From assembly GCA_951406725.2 (NCBI GenBank), contig OX597818.1, forward strand, positions 118,296,001 through 118,360,000: a DNA stretch of 64,000 nucleotides, in the 5' to 3' direction. Shown piece after piece: positions 40,586 to 54,010 of this stretch. The position numbers and the translations under genes are program-made. Each line of letters starts with the position of its first letter. Positions within the stretch are counted from its first letter, which is position 1. Below the pieces are notes generated by a model. The model saw only the letters and a program-made list of their open reading frames with translations. It did no database searches and was not told the DNA's origin. This DNA is from Octopus vulgaris. Taxonomy: Eukaryota.

Positions 40586-41431
40586 ATTATTTCCACCCTT
40601 AAAATGATTTGAGATTATAATTGGCACGCAAAATGTCATCAGATAAAAATGAACAATAAATTGGGACAGCTTATCAAACCGAAATGATGCTAAATATATT
40701 TTTCAGCAGGCCAATATCATTAATCTATAATGTGACAGCGCAATATCCATTTTCTAGTTCCTGATATATGTGTAAGTCATTTGACATTCATTAAAATTAG
40801 CACAATTTAAATTTTCATACTGTTATAATGTTCTAGGAAAATCCGGAATCAGTTGAAACCGAATGAGATCTGTCTGAAAAACGATCCACAAATAAAGTGA
40901 CGAGTGCAACGTGAACTAATTTACTGCTAATTGGGGACCATTGCCTTTTGTACATGTGTTCGTATTTCTAAAACTGAAGTGTAAATGTCTTATCACCGAG
41001 GTAATATTACTGTGATTTCAAAAAGGAAAGAATTTGATGCTTGACGGCAAAGTTAATGGAGAGAAGAAAGAGGTGAGGCTGTGGGAGATGGCATGTATTA
41101 TGTGTACACTAGAAGATGGGAGCGAAGCGAAGTAAATTGGAAGGGACAGTGAGGTTTATGCTTGTTGTAAGATGTAGTTGAGTTCCAATTCAAAGAAAGT
41201 TGTGTCAGGTGAAGGAAGACGATACTTCAGAATGCACGATGAAGAAAGCAATGGTCAACTGAACACCTATATTCTGGGAAGTTTACAGATAATGTGAGCA
41301 TAAGGAAGAATATAAAGAGAATGACATCGTATATAAGTCAGTTTAGTAAGGGCTCTTCAGGAAGTAGAAATGTGAGGGACTCTGAAAATGTATAGAGTTA
41401 AAAATCCAGATTCTCTTGGGTCTGTTCAGAT

Positions 41432-41907
41432 TTCTTATTTCTTTATTGCCCACAAGGGGCTAGACATAGAGGTGACAAACAAGGATAAAGGGATTAAGTA
41501 GATTATATCGACCTCAGTGCGTAAGTGGTACTTAATTTATCGACCCCGAAAGGATGAAAGGCAGCCTCGGTGGAATTTGAACTCAGAACGTAACGGCAGA
41601 CGAAATACGGCTACGCTTTTCGCCCGGCGTGCTAACGTTTCTGCCAGCTCGCTGCCTTAGATTTCTGAAATACCTATTTCTTTACTGCCCACAAGGGGCT
41701 AAACACAGAAGGGACAAACAAGGACAGACAAACGGATTAAGTCGACTATATCGATCCCAGTGCGAAACTGGTACTTATTTAATCGATCCCGAAAAGATGA
41801 AAGGCAAAGTCGACCTCGGCGAATTTGAACTCAGAACGTAACGGCAGACGAAATACGGCTACGCTTTTTGCCCGGCGTGCTAACGTTTCTGCCAGCTCGC
41901 TGCCTTA
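41432..41907 (-). mobile_element. Head-to-tail dimer of SINE family A
   Basis: Two copies; agatttct occurs before, between and after them. Confidence 0.87.
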
Positions 41908-42734
41908 GATTTCTGTTGATAGATAATTGAAAGAGGAGAGGTTCAGATGTATAACAGTCTATGATGAGAAGTCGATGTAAACCGAAGTTGAACGAATGAG
42001 AAATTTTAGCGGCAACGAAGCACTGAAAATATGCTGCACTGCGTGGACTCTCATTACGCGCAGTTTGTAAATATTATAACGATGCATATCTTTTAAATTT
42101 TCTAGCAAAATCAATATTTGGTGAAATTCTAGAATATGCACGAGATATTTTCTAGCCTGCTAAATAGCAACATTTGATTTACCACTTTTAATTATGAGTT
42201 AAAGTTGTTTTACATTCGTTTTTGGCACAAGATTCGCCATAATAACCCATGCATATTATCAAAATTATTTCTGAGAAATAGAAAAATGCATATTATATTA
42301 AATGCATTCTCTGAATTGGGAATATGACCCCAGCCAGCTGAGTTCCTCTCTTTATAGTACGAACACTACATTCATGTAAACTTCAAACAGTTAATACCAC
42401 ATGGCACCCATATATAAGCTATTTACGTAATCACAGTTATAAAATAAACAGATATATTTCAATTGCATATCGATTATAGTTATAAGTGTGTTTGTTAGTC
42501 GATTATTTTCAGTTATTGGTTGTTGTGATAAATTTCTGAAGATATGAATGGCGCAATTTCGAAGGTGTTTTGTATAATGATGTCTTATCTTAGAAAGGCT
42601 GGTAGCCTTTCCCTTATTCTTATTGCAATGCTTATGATGTATACATTTACTATATTTTGGCCGGACTTCCATTCTTTAGTCGAAGATATAACTATTTCAC
42701 CAGGCATCTGTATCACCACTCTCACTTCGTGAAC

Positions 42735-43040
42735 AGAATGCAATCCTGTGTCCTATATTCAGCTTGTCCATAAATATCATATGACGTCTCGCATTCTTGC
42801 TGCTACCATGTTGTGCGTGCAAGAGCACAATTTTTGATAATTCTCCTTCCTGGTGTCGCTTGCAATAAATAACCTCATATGCCGAGACATTGTTCTCCCG
42901 TTTTGTTGACCACTTTACGAAGGCTTTCATTGAGATGTTGATTGGTAAATTGCTATTGACATTTCACATCCAGAGCTATTCGTAGCATCCTTGTGCTGTA
43001 GCCATCTAAATTCTTCTTTACTTCTGTTGGTCACTTAATA
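42735..43040 (-). pseudogene. Decayed RTE/RTE-X-like LINE RT C-terminus
   Basis: KNLDGYSTRMLRIALDV..Q.FTNQHL and CKRHQEGELSKIVL..QHG resemble LDGCYTRMLRxALNVSW / HCxRHxEExASKLVLWxPxHG. Confidence 0.6.
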
Positions 43041-43084
43041 CATTTAGTGGTTAAATTATTATCCAATCACCAGAGCCGTTACAT

Positions 43085-43165
43085 ATGTTCAAATATTTGA
43101 GCGACTCCTTATGGCAACGTTAAATGTTCAAATATTTGAGCGACTCCTTATGGCAACGTTAAATG
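43085..43165. repeat. 39-bp perfect tandem duplication
   Basis: atgttcaaatatttgagcgactccttatggcaacgttaa x2. Confidence 0.92.
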
Positions 43166-46100
43166 AGGAGCACTGGGTCAGAAGTAATCAACTGGCTTCA
43201 TATCCCAAACTTGCTGGCCTTGTGCCAAATTTTAGACCAAAATTTTGAGGTTAAAATGCTTGTTAGACACAAGAGCAAAAGGTACGCAGAAGCTTTTACT
43301 CAATAATGCAGTATTTAGGTCATGCTATGCGCAATCTCACATTGTGAGTGATTAGCGCACATTCTTCTTTGTACAACACACGTCGAATTCCTAAAAGATA
43401 TATTAATGAGGATGGCCTCCTTGATGTCGAAATCAACGATGTTCCACTCTGTTGCTTTGCTGGGAATCAGTAATTGCTTTCTAACTGATGCCTTTGTCTA
43501 CATGCATTCCTTCATGCGGATATCCAGCTCTCTGGTGATGCTTTCAATATAGGAGCAGTTGGCCATATAAATACATCATTGCTCGCTTTTAGATGAATTC
43601 CAAACAGGAAATTTATCAAAATCGAAGGCCTATAATCTGTTTAATGAGCCCTGAATATGAATCGTCGGACGAACTGCAAAATTGCTTATATATTCGAAAT
43701 ATAAGTGTTTCTAAGTTTGTCTCAGATGTATATTATCATAATGTCGTTTGGCGAAAATGATCGCGAACCTTTCGTTGTGTGAGAGAATAATATAGAATCA
43801 GTCAACGTTACTATTAATTACTGCCTGGTGAACCTGATGTGTATCTGTGCACTTTCTTTTTCCATGTAAGCACTCTTGGTTTTCTAATATCAATAACGTA
43901 ATAAACTGCAAGTTGTATATACTGACCTTTTTGTCTTTGTAGTCCGTTTTCTGATGAAATTATCAAATTTTATATTTCTCTAATAAGATCTTTCGAGCGA
44001 TTAAGAACAAAACACGATAAAACGACAAATATTAATCAATAGTTTTAATTAAGAACAGTGATCTCCAATTATAATTAGTATTTTATCAGATAGCATCGAC
44101 GTTGTTGTATATATTTCAAGATGACGTCAAATCATTTTGCCCAACCGTACCTCCTTCTAATCATCTATAATCGGGACCAATAGCGGCAGTTAATATTTAC
44201 AATCAACAAAATGATCATTATAAATATATAGCCACATTGTAACTCTAGCAACGGAAATAGTTAGTATCACTAACATCATAGACACGTCACCATCGTCGTC
44301 CTGGTAGTCACTGTCGTCGGTTTTATCGACAGATTTATATAAACGATTAACACTTTCAAATATGAAATCATCAACTGCAGCACTAATCCAACATAAAAAT
44401 AAGAACAAAAGTGCAGCATAATTAGTACTGAATCAGTTTTTGGTTTACTATTATGGTAATGCTAAATCAACATTATTCCAGTAGCGTGAGGACTCGCAAA
44501 GCAATGACAATTGTTATATTGTACAACTAACTCTTTCAAGTACCTCTCCGATTAACACGAATATCTTTCACCGTGATGCTGTATGTACGAAATCACTACA
44601 AAGGATCACTGTAAATCCATCAAATCACAAGAATGATAATCAACGCTTCATAAATTTTATATCTAGGGCAATTTTTACAATCTCCATCTAAGTACGTGGA
44701 TGATACTTTTATTAGCGACACGAGGATGGGTAAAGGGCAACATCGATCTTGTTAGTTCTGTCATTTTGAATGTTAACTATCGTAATAAAATCCCGTAGAG
44801 CATTATCGATTATATCAGACTAGTAAAATGCATCTCGTGGAGCGGCTGTAGCTAATTTCTGTTGGAGTTGTTGATAATTTCGGTTGCTGTTATCGATTAG
44901 ATGAAACAGGCGTATATTATAAGGGGTTCGAACCGGGGAAAGTCTCATCCTTCCTTTCATACATTCCTGACAGATTTAGTCGTCTACTGTTCCATTTTTA
45001 AAAGTGCAATGTGTGAGTTAAGGAATATGTAACTACTATTTATGTCATGCTGTTTGTCCGGTTAGATATTTAACTCTGGACCATTGTCGAAAAGATAAAA
45101 TACATGGTTAAATTCTTAATAGTGTTCTGTTGTTATTTAGATTTAGATGGAGATTATAGAAGCGGAACTATCATCACAATCAGTCCACCCAGCCCAACCC
45201 TGTTGTTTTTCGTATTAAGATTATTGAACCAATGAGTCATTTATATGTTTTTAATGTGCTTTATATTTCCAAGAGCAATTTCTTATTCTATCTAACAGGT
45301 CAAGCTAACACATAAATAATCTCTCGTTAGATTCATTATCACTATTAACCCCGGCTGAGACACAGTTGATTTCATTAAAGAATTCTTCAGATTTAATAAA
45401 AATTTCAACTCTGCAATTAAATTAAATTACCACACTCTGAGCAAGGGCAGTGTGGAACTGGTAATATTTGTTTGTGATGGAGGTGTCAAAATGAAACAGC
45501 CATTTATAATCTCCTCTTATAGAGATTAGAGTGATGAAAACCAAATAATGATTGCTAAACTAGGAAAAAGGGCGAATATATCGGGCATATAAGTGATGAA
45601 AAACTCTTTACTAGTGCTTGAGTGATTATGTTATTTGACACCGCAAGGGATGAAATGTAAACTTTAATTCGAGTTGATTTTAATTAAAATCAAGGGACAT
45701 TGCAAAAATAGCTTATGATTCTATCATCTTCTACTCTGGAACGATGTAATGCAACTAATTCTATACGAAGCGCTACCGTTTTTTGGTAGACACGAAAGCA
45801 TAAAATCTGTTCATGGATAGGATAGACATGAGACACAAAGATTATGAATTTCTCTTCTTTGCATGACTGCGTTATGGCAAAAAAAAAGAGCGAGAGAATG
45901 GCGCAGAAGAGAAAACCGGAAGAAAACGGAATGGGAGAAAAATGCAACCACACCCTAAGAGCTATTTAATACCATTTAAGTAGAAGGCATAAAAAACGTC
46001 TTAATTTATGGAGTTGGTATGTGGAGAGTAAGTGGCGAAACAAAGCGAAAGTGAAGTGAGAATAGTAGGAGGTGAATAAAGGAGAGGAAGATGATTTTGA

Positions 46101-46361
46101 AGGGGGTGAAGCAGAACGAAACTATGAAATAGATTTCGAGGAAAATGGGTGGGAAACAAGCGAAGGCAGGGTGAGACAACGAGAAAACTGAATATTCGAA
46201 GGTTAGTTATATAAACGCCGCTTAAAGCTATTTTTATTGAACTATTTCGCCAGTAGCGGTAAAGAAATATTCGTAAATGGTCCTATTTACAAGCACACAC
46301 CCTATACAAATACATGCTCGCATACAGATAAGCACATATACATATATGTATACTACACACA

Positions 46362-46381
46362 GACACACACACACACGCACG

Positions 46382-46426
<45 letters not shown>

Positions 46427-46559
46427 TACATTATATTATATTATATTATATTATATTATATTATATTATATATATATATTTATATATATATATATATATT
46501 ACATTATATTATATTATATTATATTATATGTATATATATTACATTATATTATATTATAT

Positions 46560-46615
<56 letters not shown>
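46362..46615. repeat. (CA)n-(TA)n-(TATAT)n microsatellite
   Basis: Direct inspection. Confidence 0.95.
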
Positions 46616-46621
<6 letters not shown>

Positions 46622-48361
46622 CATCTTCTACTTAGTATACATAAAAATACATTTAATTCAAAGTATTCAAGGAAGGAATTGGTTGAAATTGTAGAAGCAG
46701 CTGCAGTGTGAAGCAGAATAACTGGAAGGCTTTCTTTTATATTTGGGACATGAAAAACGGACTCCGTTAGATTCAAATATAATAAAAAGCAAAGCTTTCC
46801 TCGTGTTCGAAGATGTCAGTTGAGTCATATTGTTGGAAATAACCCCGGTGTGTTCTGTAAAGTGCATGAAATATTAATGTTACCAATAGCGTTTGGGAAA
46901 ACTCTTTCTGTCGTTTCAGATATCTCACATTTATATTTCAGACACGCATACCTAAAGTTATATACTTAAACTCTTATCAATTTTCGCTCTTTGTAGAGCA
47001 TTGCAAAGTCTGTATGTTAAGCAGTGAATTAGATTGGAGTAAATGCAACCAAAATTGAACATCGCATAGCCATTAACAAGGATCTATTCGAATACTTACT
47101 TTATAGATGAAAGTACATATGTGGAGCTGTCGGTTTGGACAAAGGAAATTTCAGGCTGGTTATGAGCAGAGAGGAATGGACTAACTCTACAAAGTCACTC
47201 ATTTCTTGCTCAATTCTAAGGATAGGGAGAGAAAGGAACGAGAAAAAAAACTGAGGGCAAGGTGCTCACATGCGGGAAACAACATGTTAGCGAGCTGAAA
47301 AGGCGGTTACAAAATGTGGAAGTTAGGACGCAGATATGGTGCACATACATCTTTGGTGTATATATATAGAGTGGAGGATGTAGAAATAATGTGGGGAAGG
47401 TAATGAACGTGTTTATGAACCCTGATGTACTTAGGTGTTGAGAAATTTCACAAGGCAAGTCGATAATACTTATGATCAAGCTATTGACTAACTCCATTTT
47501 CTTTTCAATGACTTCTGTAAGTTGAACCACATTATCCAATGTCTTCTCCCCTCTTTTCAGACATTGTGTGTTTGTGTATGGAAAGATGCTTCTATTTCCG
47601 GTATTTGGAGCAACAACACAAATGCTTTCTCATTGACAGATTCGGACAAGTATTAAAGGATGCTAATAAAGGTGATGAAACTGGTGCCTTCAGCGTTTCA
47701 AAGTGTCTTTAAGCAATACAATTATTTATGTATCATACAGAGAATTTGACCACGTGATGGATTTCGCTTAATCAGGATTATTTTTCGTATCCATAGCCAT
47801 TTTGCTGATTTCTGGTAGACCACAAAGGTGATGAAGATGATCTTTCCCTCAGCTAGGAAGATAAATGAAATGTAATAGATTCTTGGTTCTTACAGTAAGA
47901 AAACGAGGACTGAAAAAATTAAGGACAAAGAGATCATTATACAGATATTCTTTTAACGAGGCTTGATATACTAGGGCCAAAACACTCCAGTTGAGGAAGA
48001 AAGAGCTTTGACGTGGAAAAAGTGTGACAGGAGACAATAGTCACTTGGAGTGCCACTTCTTGGTTTAGCACACCCTTCTTATCGTTACTGTCACATCAAT
48101 TTTAATGGTTGTTAATTTCTCACCCGGATGTCATAGCAGCAATAGAGAATGCAAAAAACATATCATTAATGTGATTTAACGTGCAAAATATGAAATATAC
48201 ACGATATACACAACCATACCCCACTTAACAACACCTCGTATGTATCGGGTCTGGGATATATATCTCATTGCCGCTCCAAAATGTTTTTCCTGTGTTAAAT
48301 ACACACCCATACACCCACATATATGTAGGCCTGCGCATGAGTGGTGTCTGCTCATTTTGGA

Positions 48362-48407
<46 letters not shown>

Positions 48408-48820
48408 TTATATGAAATTATGTTGTGGCAAGGCCGTTAGATTTGCTACATCTCGATTCCTTGAAACTTGCTATCGTATATTGCATTTGATGGTAATGTT
48501 CCACCAGCATTGCTTCTCTTGATATTTCTGTATGTATTCATGAACAACGGGGCTCTCTATGTCTAGATAATGTAGGATTTTCAGGAAAAGAAATCAACCA
48601 ACTACATTGGACAGTACAGCTACAACCTGTAAGTGGAACAGTAAAATTAATCAAGATGTTTCTCAAGTTTAGAATTTTAGACTGCTTTTGTTATTGAGCT
48701 TCCAACGATTGGACTATATATTTCTACTAGTAAACAGCTCCATTCTCACACAAGATGATGAATTGAAATATTTCGACACAGGAGAGAAAATACCTACATA
48801 CAAACGTACGTACATATAAA

Positions 48821-48879
<59 letters not shown>

Positions 48880-51260
48880 CGGAATTTGAACTCAGAACTT
48901 AAAGACAGTTGAAATAACGCTAGTCATTTCGCCCGGCGTGCTAACCATTCTGACAGCTCGCCGCGGTTGTTGTCGAGAATATGTCAAAATTTGGATCCTA
49001 ATCATTTTATATTAAATATTGTTCCCCTCGTATATCAATGTGACTTCTCTTGTTGTCCTTTTCTTTCTCTATATCCCTATGCTACTTTTACTCCCACAGG
49101 GTTTCACTTGGAGACATTACAAATATAACTGAGATATCCCATATGGCGCAGTCTGTTTTAAACATTACGATAGAGACACGTTATTAGCATTTAAATAGAA
49201 GTCATTTACTGTGTTATGTGTTTCATTTAACATAGAAACATATTTATTGATTTTATTTCTGTATAAATCTAACACACGATTTTACACTTATAGAGCATCC
49301 TTCTTTGGGAAATACAATATCTAACGATAATAAATCATTTTGTTTGAACTGATGTCATAAAGTAAGTGTCATGTAATAATGTTGCTCTTAATTCATAATA
49401 TTTTAAAGTAAAGAGGAAGTATAAAGAGAAAATTTACAAACATTGAAGTAAGTTCTGAGATGACATCCATGTACATATTATACAGAGAAGTAGGTTATTT
49501 ATACATTCCTATTTATATATGTGAGTATATAATGCGTGTAGTATGCAGGTTATATTTTGTACGGTATATTTGTACTTATATCTCAATATGAGTGTTCGTG
49601 TCTGTGTATAAATCTATCTGTATGTATATCTATATACGATGTATGTTCGTGTGTGTGTGTGAGCGTCTCTATGTATCTGTGCACGTGTGTGTGTGTACGT
49701 ACATATGCATGTATGTGTGTATGTATGTATGTATGTATGTATGTATGTATGTATGTATGTATGTATGTATAACATTTATTTCCCAATTACAATCGCTTTC
49801 TTATAATAAATGAATCATTTAAACCATTTAACAAACTTGAATCTATTCCATTTGCTATTAAAGGTAATGCGGTTGTACAATCTTATTTTGACCTTCCCAA
49901 AATTAAAATGTACCAATATGAATATATCCATAAATACAAAATTTGGTGTAGTTGAGGTTTTCGTTGAGAGCATTTAAACATCTTGACTTTGTTTTTAAAA
50001 AAAGTACAGATTAAAATGATCAAAGGACAAGCGATTTTGAATACTATTATATGAATCAAATGAGGAAACTGACCAACCATTTTAGCTGAGGAAGTGATAT
50101 GTTTTGTATTTCAGAGACCGAAATTTTGTCAGCAGTAAATAAAATTTTGCCATCAAATTGTTTTTAGTTTAGTGGGATAATTATGGTAAGATTAGTATCA
50201 AATAATCGAAGAAAAAGAGAAAATAAGATAATGGGAGAAAGAAATTTCAAATTTATTCATGAATATGATGTTAGAGGATATAAAGATAGAGACAGTTTGG
50301 AAGATATAAATAAAAACCTTTAAAGTGGTTGAATAATTTCGCCTTATATAGAGAATGAACAAGGACGTTGATTCATAGGCAATGTTAAAAAATAATGTAA
50401 CAGCAATAAATAGTAACGATAAAAGTTATAAATATTATTCCATTAACCTGAACCAGTAAATAATTATATAGGAAAATGAATAATTATTAGGTGAAACGAT
50501 AAGATAGGAATACACTAATAATTGGATAAACAAATTAATGAAAATTAATGAATAATTAATGAATCGCAGTTCTAGAGAGCAGATACTACTGAAATAAAGG
50601 GTTAGATTGTTAAAGCACAGTAAGTATGTAAACGGCAATAACTATGTAAATAATGATATTAACCCTCAGAAATCAAGTGTAGCTCAATGAAATACGCATG
50701 GACTTTTTATGCTATTTAACGCGTAAGATGTATTCAATTTATAGAAAATTCATACTGTCATTTTTTTAAAATTTGTGAGGACTAACGGATTAAGAACCAT
50801 GTTTCATAATTGGTCGAGATTGGCATCTAATAATTTCAAGTTCCTCCATGCAACATAATGTACATCTGCCTTTATACGAAATTGGTACCGATATAGTTGA
50901 TCTGAAACAGACCATGTAATTAAACCCATCACTGATATTGATCTAAGTTTCCTAGTTACTATGCTTCACTGTAATATCGAACTAATTTTAACGAAATAAA
51001 AATTATTTAAATAATCGGGAATTATTTACGGTTCAGCCTGTGAACAATGTGTACAGAAGATTAATGCGAATGTATAATACAACATTGGAGGAACAATTCT
51101 TCTACACACATGTGCTATTTCAATGACATATTTCAATTATGAAATGTTGTACAAAATTTTCCATTACATACAGCAAGACACACACACACACACCCATACA
51201 CAGAAACACACACACGCGCGCACACACAGACACAGACACAGACGTATATGTATATGTATA

Positions 51261-51318
<58 letters not shown>

Positions 51319-51444
51319 TATGTATATGTATATAGATCGATATATATATATATATATGTATGTGTGTGAAGATGTGTGTGCGTTTGTCTATATGTGTGTC
51401 TATGCGTGAGTTTACAAATGTGTGTGGACATATATATACATGTA

Positions 51445-51479
<35 letters not shown>

Positions 51480-51482
<3 letters not shown>

Positions 51483-51810
51483 ATTCATAAATGAGGGCAA
51501 AGGAAAAAAAATTCTAATGCCAACTATGCCGAAAAATTGGACATATTGTCCATTAACCATATAGTTTTTTGCCAGTAGGCACGCTACCCGAAAAAAGGTC
51601 GACAGAAATCTTTAAACAATTCCATTATTACCATATCGGACCAATTTCAGAGTTAGCTACTAAGAGCCCTCTCTTCGTCAGTGGCAAAAGAAATAAATGA
51701 GATACTTACTCATACCCATGGAAAAAATTATATGTTTAATGGACAATATGTCCAATTTTTCGGCATATTTGGCATTAGAATTTTTTTCCTTTGTCCTCAT
51801 TTAGGAATTG
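51480..51810. mobile_element. Fold-back element (~92-bp arms) beside (TA)n, with a hammerhead in the spacer
   Basis: taattcataaatgagggcaaaggaaaa...tttttt / aaaaaa...ttttcctttgtcctcatttaggaattg. Confidence 0.8.
51628..51687 (-). ncRNA. Type I hammerhead ribozyme (palindromic stem III)
   Basis: Minus strand: ttgcca CTGACGA agag-18nt-ctct GAAA ttgg t ccga TA tggtaa; AUA triplet. Confidence 0.75.
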
Positions 51811-51926
51811 TTTATAAATTTAACCGTTAAAGGTATTTATTAATATGCTGGCCATTGATAAAATTTTTTTCGAGAAAATATTTTTTTTCGAAAAGAATTT
51901 TATCCTCACATTTGATATATATATAC

Positions 51927-51989
<63 letters not shown>

Positions 51990-52043
51990 TATATGTATTA
52001 TGTATGTATGTATGTATGTATGCATGTATGTATGTATTATGCA

Positions 52044-52234
52044 AGGATCGAACAGTTTGATTCAAATACCCTGGTGCTTCGAGTTTCAAGCTTGATGCTA
52101 GTCTTCAGTCATTAAAATTAGAATGTGACTTTCTCCTCTAGACATCTGATTTTAATTTTAATTCTAAGGAATGAAGACTAACATCAGACTTGAAACTTCG
52201 GGTACCAAGGCATTTGATTCAAACTGTTTGATCC
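52044..52234. mobile_element. Older fold-back element (~75-bp diverged arms) beside a (TATG)n tract
   Basis: ggatcgaacagtttgattcaaat... / ...atttgattcaaactgtttgatcc; arms contain CTGAAGA...GAAAC remnants. Confidence 0.7.
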
Positions 52235-53359
52235 ATACATGTAACACCCAATAAATGTGTCGAGTGGCCTTGTTTCGTTTGTCTGCTCAGTAGTTTATAT
52301 ACACATCCCTTCCTGCGAAGCGGATTTTTGCTTCCACGAACATCCTCTGCCGTAACTTTTTTTTTTAATTTACAGAAGACATTCTAAACATTTGTAATAC
52401 TGATGCGTATCGATATCGTAGGATTACATGTATTTCTCATATTTATATACGTATATTTATTTGTATATGTGTATACATTATATACAGACATATTTACGTT
52501 TGTATACAGATGTATACATATACAGCCATGCATGTATATGTGTCCATGTGTCATCTTTTTATTTGTGTATTTGTATATGAATCTGTATGGGAGAGAGTGG
52601 ATATCTGTGCATAGGTTTTGAAACACAAGTATCTATTACAGGTTTTGGCTCTACATGAATATTTTCTATCGGTTTCTGTCTTGCGTTCGCACTTAAATCT
52701 GTAGAATATTCGTGAGCCCAGTTTGAAATCACAACTGAAGTTACATGCCCACAGATTCACAAATATGGAATAGTTTGCATACACACTGCTGCGCTACAAG
52801 TTTTCTTCAAAAAAAGGTTTCCCATTTCTGCAAACATTTTGAATATTTCAGCGTTTCCGTTGACTTCTATGAAAGGTGATAAATAGATGAATATCTCAAC
52901 CATTAGAAAGTTCGATAAATGCATAGCGAAACTAATCGATAAAAAAATTTCTCAAAATAAAAACGTGAGAGTAATTGTCAATGACCTAGTAAATCAACAA
53001 ATTACGAGACATGTACTGCTTCACGCTTGTGACATATATGTCGTCTCTCAGTAGGATTTATTATTCCTCTCTTCATTACTTGATCCAATATATTATGTAT
53101 TACAATACTCAGCCGCCATCAGATCAGGATGTGTAGCTTTTAAGTGCTTGTGACATTTGTTTAGAGATGTCCCCGAACATTTCTATGTTAGACACGTACA
53201 GACAAATGTGCTGTATATCTGACTGGCATTTTTCCATTTTTTTTGTCATATATCAATGTATTTAGTTATACTTGTTGACTCTCACACAAACACACACACG
53301 TATGTATCTCTCATTCTCTCTCCATGCATATATATATATGTGTGTGTGTGTGAGTGAGA

Positions 53360-53645
53360 GTGAAGGCGCATGGCTCAGTGATTACAGCGTCGAGCTTACG
53401 ATCGTGAGGTTGTGAGTTCGATTCCCGGACCGTCGTGTTGTGTTCTTGAGCAAAACACTTTATTTCACGTTGCTCCAGTTAACGCAGCTGTATAAGTGAG
53501 TTGCGAGGTCACTGGTGCCAAGCTGTATCGGCTGGTATGCATGGGCGACTGCTGGCCCTCCACATAACAAACTTGCCCGGACTTGTGACTCGGAGGGTAA
53601 CTTTCCAGGTGCAATCTCATGGTCATTCATGACCGAAGAGTGTCT
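53360..53645 (+). mobile_element. SINE family F (tRNA-Arg(ACG)-like head)
   Basis: ggcgcatggctcagtg...cttacgatc...gagttcgattccc; middle shared with family E. Confidence 0.75.
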
Positions 53646-53647
53646 CC

Positions 53648-53678
<31 letters not shown>

Positions 53679-53708
53679 ATATTTCGGAATGGTCATTTAT
53701 ATATATAT

Positions 53709-54010
53709 AAATTGGAAAAAAAAACACCTTTTATCAATACAAAATGAAAAATTAAATTACACCATCTAGAAAATTCCATATAATAGAAATATTAAATATA
53801 AGATAACAAATATAACGATGATTAAGTAATGTGCAAAATAATAAATAAAACGTATATATTTGGTATTACGTTTTATTTATTATTTTGCACATTACTTAAT
53901 CATCGTTATATTTATTATCTTATATTTAATATTTCTACTATATGTAATTTTCTAGATGGTGTAATTTAGGTTTTCGTTTTGAATAGATAAAATGTGTTTT
54001 TTTCTAATTT
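53709..54010. mobile_element. Fold-back element (~145-bp arms, 12-nt loop) between TA runs
   Basis: ...aataaaacgta tatatttggtat tacgttttatt...; arms are near reverse complements. Confidence 0.85.

Noticed and set aside
43085-43165. 39-bp repeat as a CRISPR-like array
   Set aside because: Two adjacent copies with no spacer, in eukaryotic DNA.
45355-45397. Minus CTGAAGA att-cttt-aat GAAA
   Set aside because: Stem I cannot form.
47150-48070. Possible CR1/Jockey LINE relic on the minus strand
   Set aside because: Only faint motif resemblance (PSDY.., FFSR); not supportable by eye.
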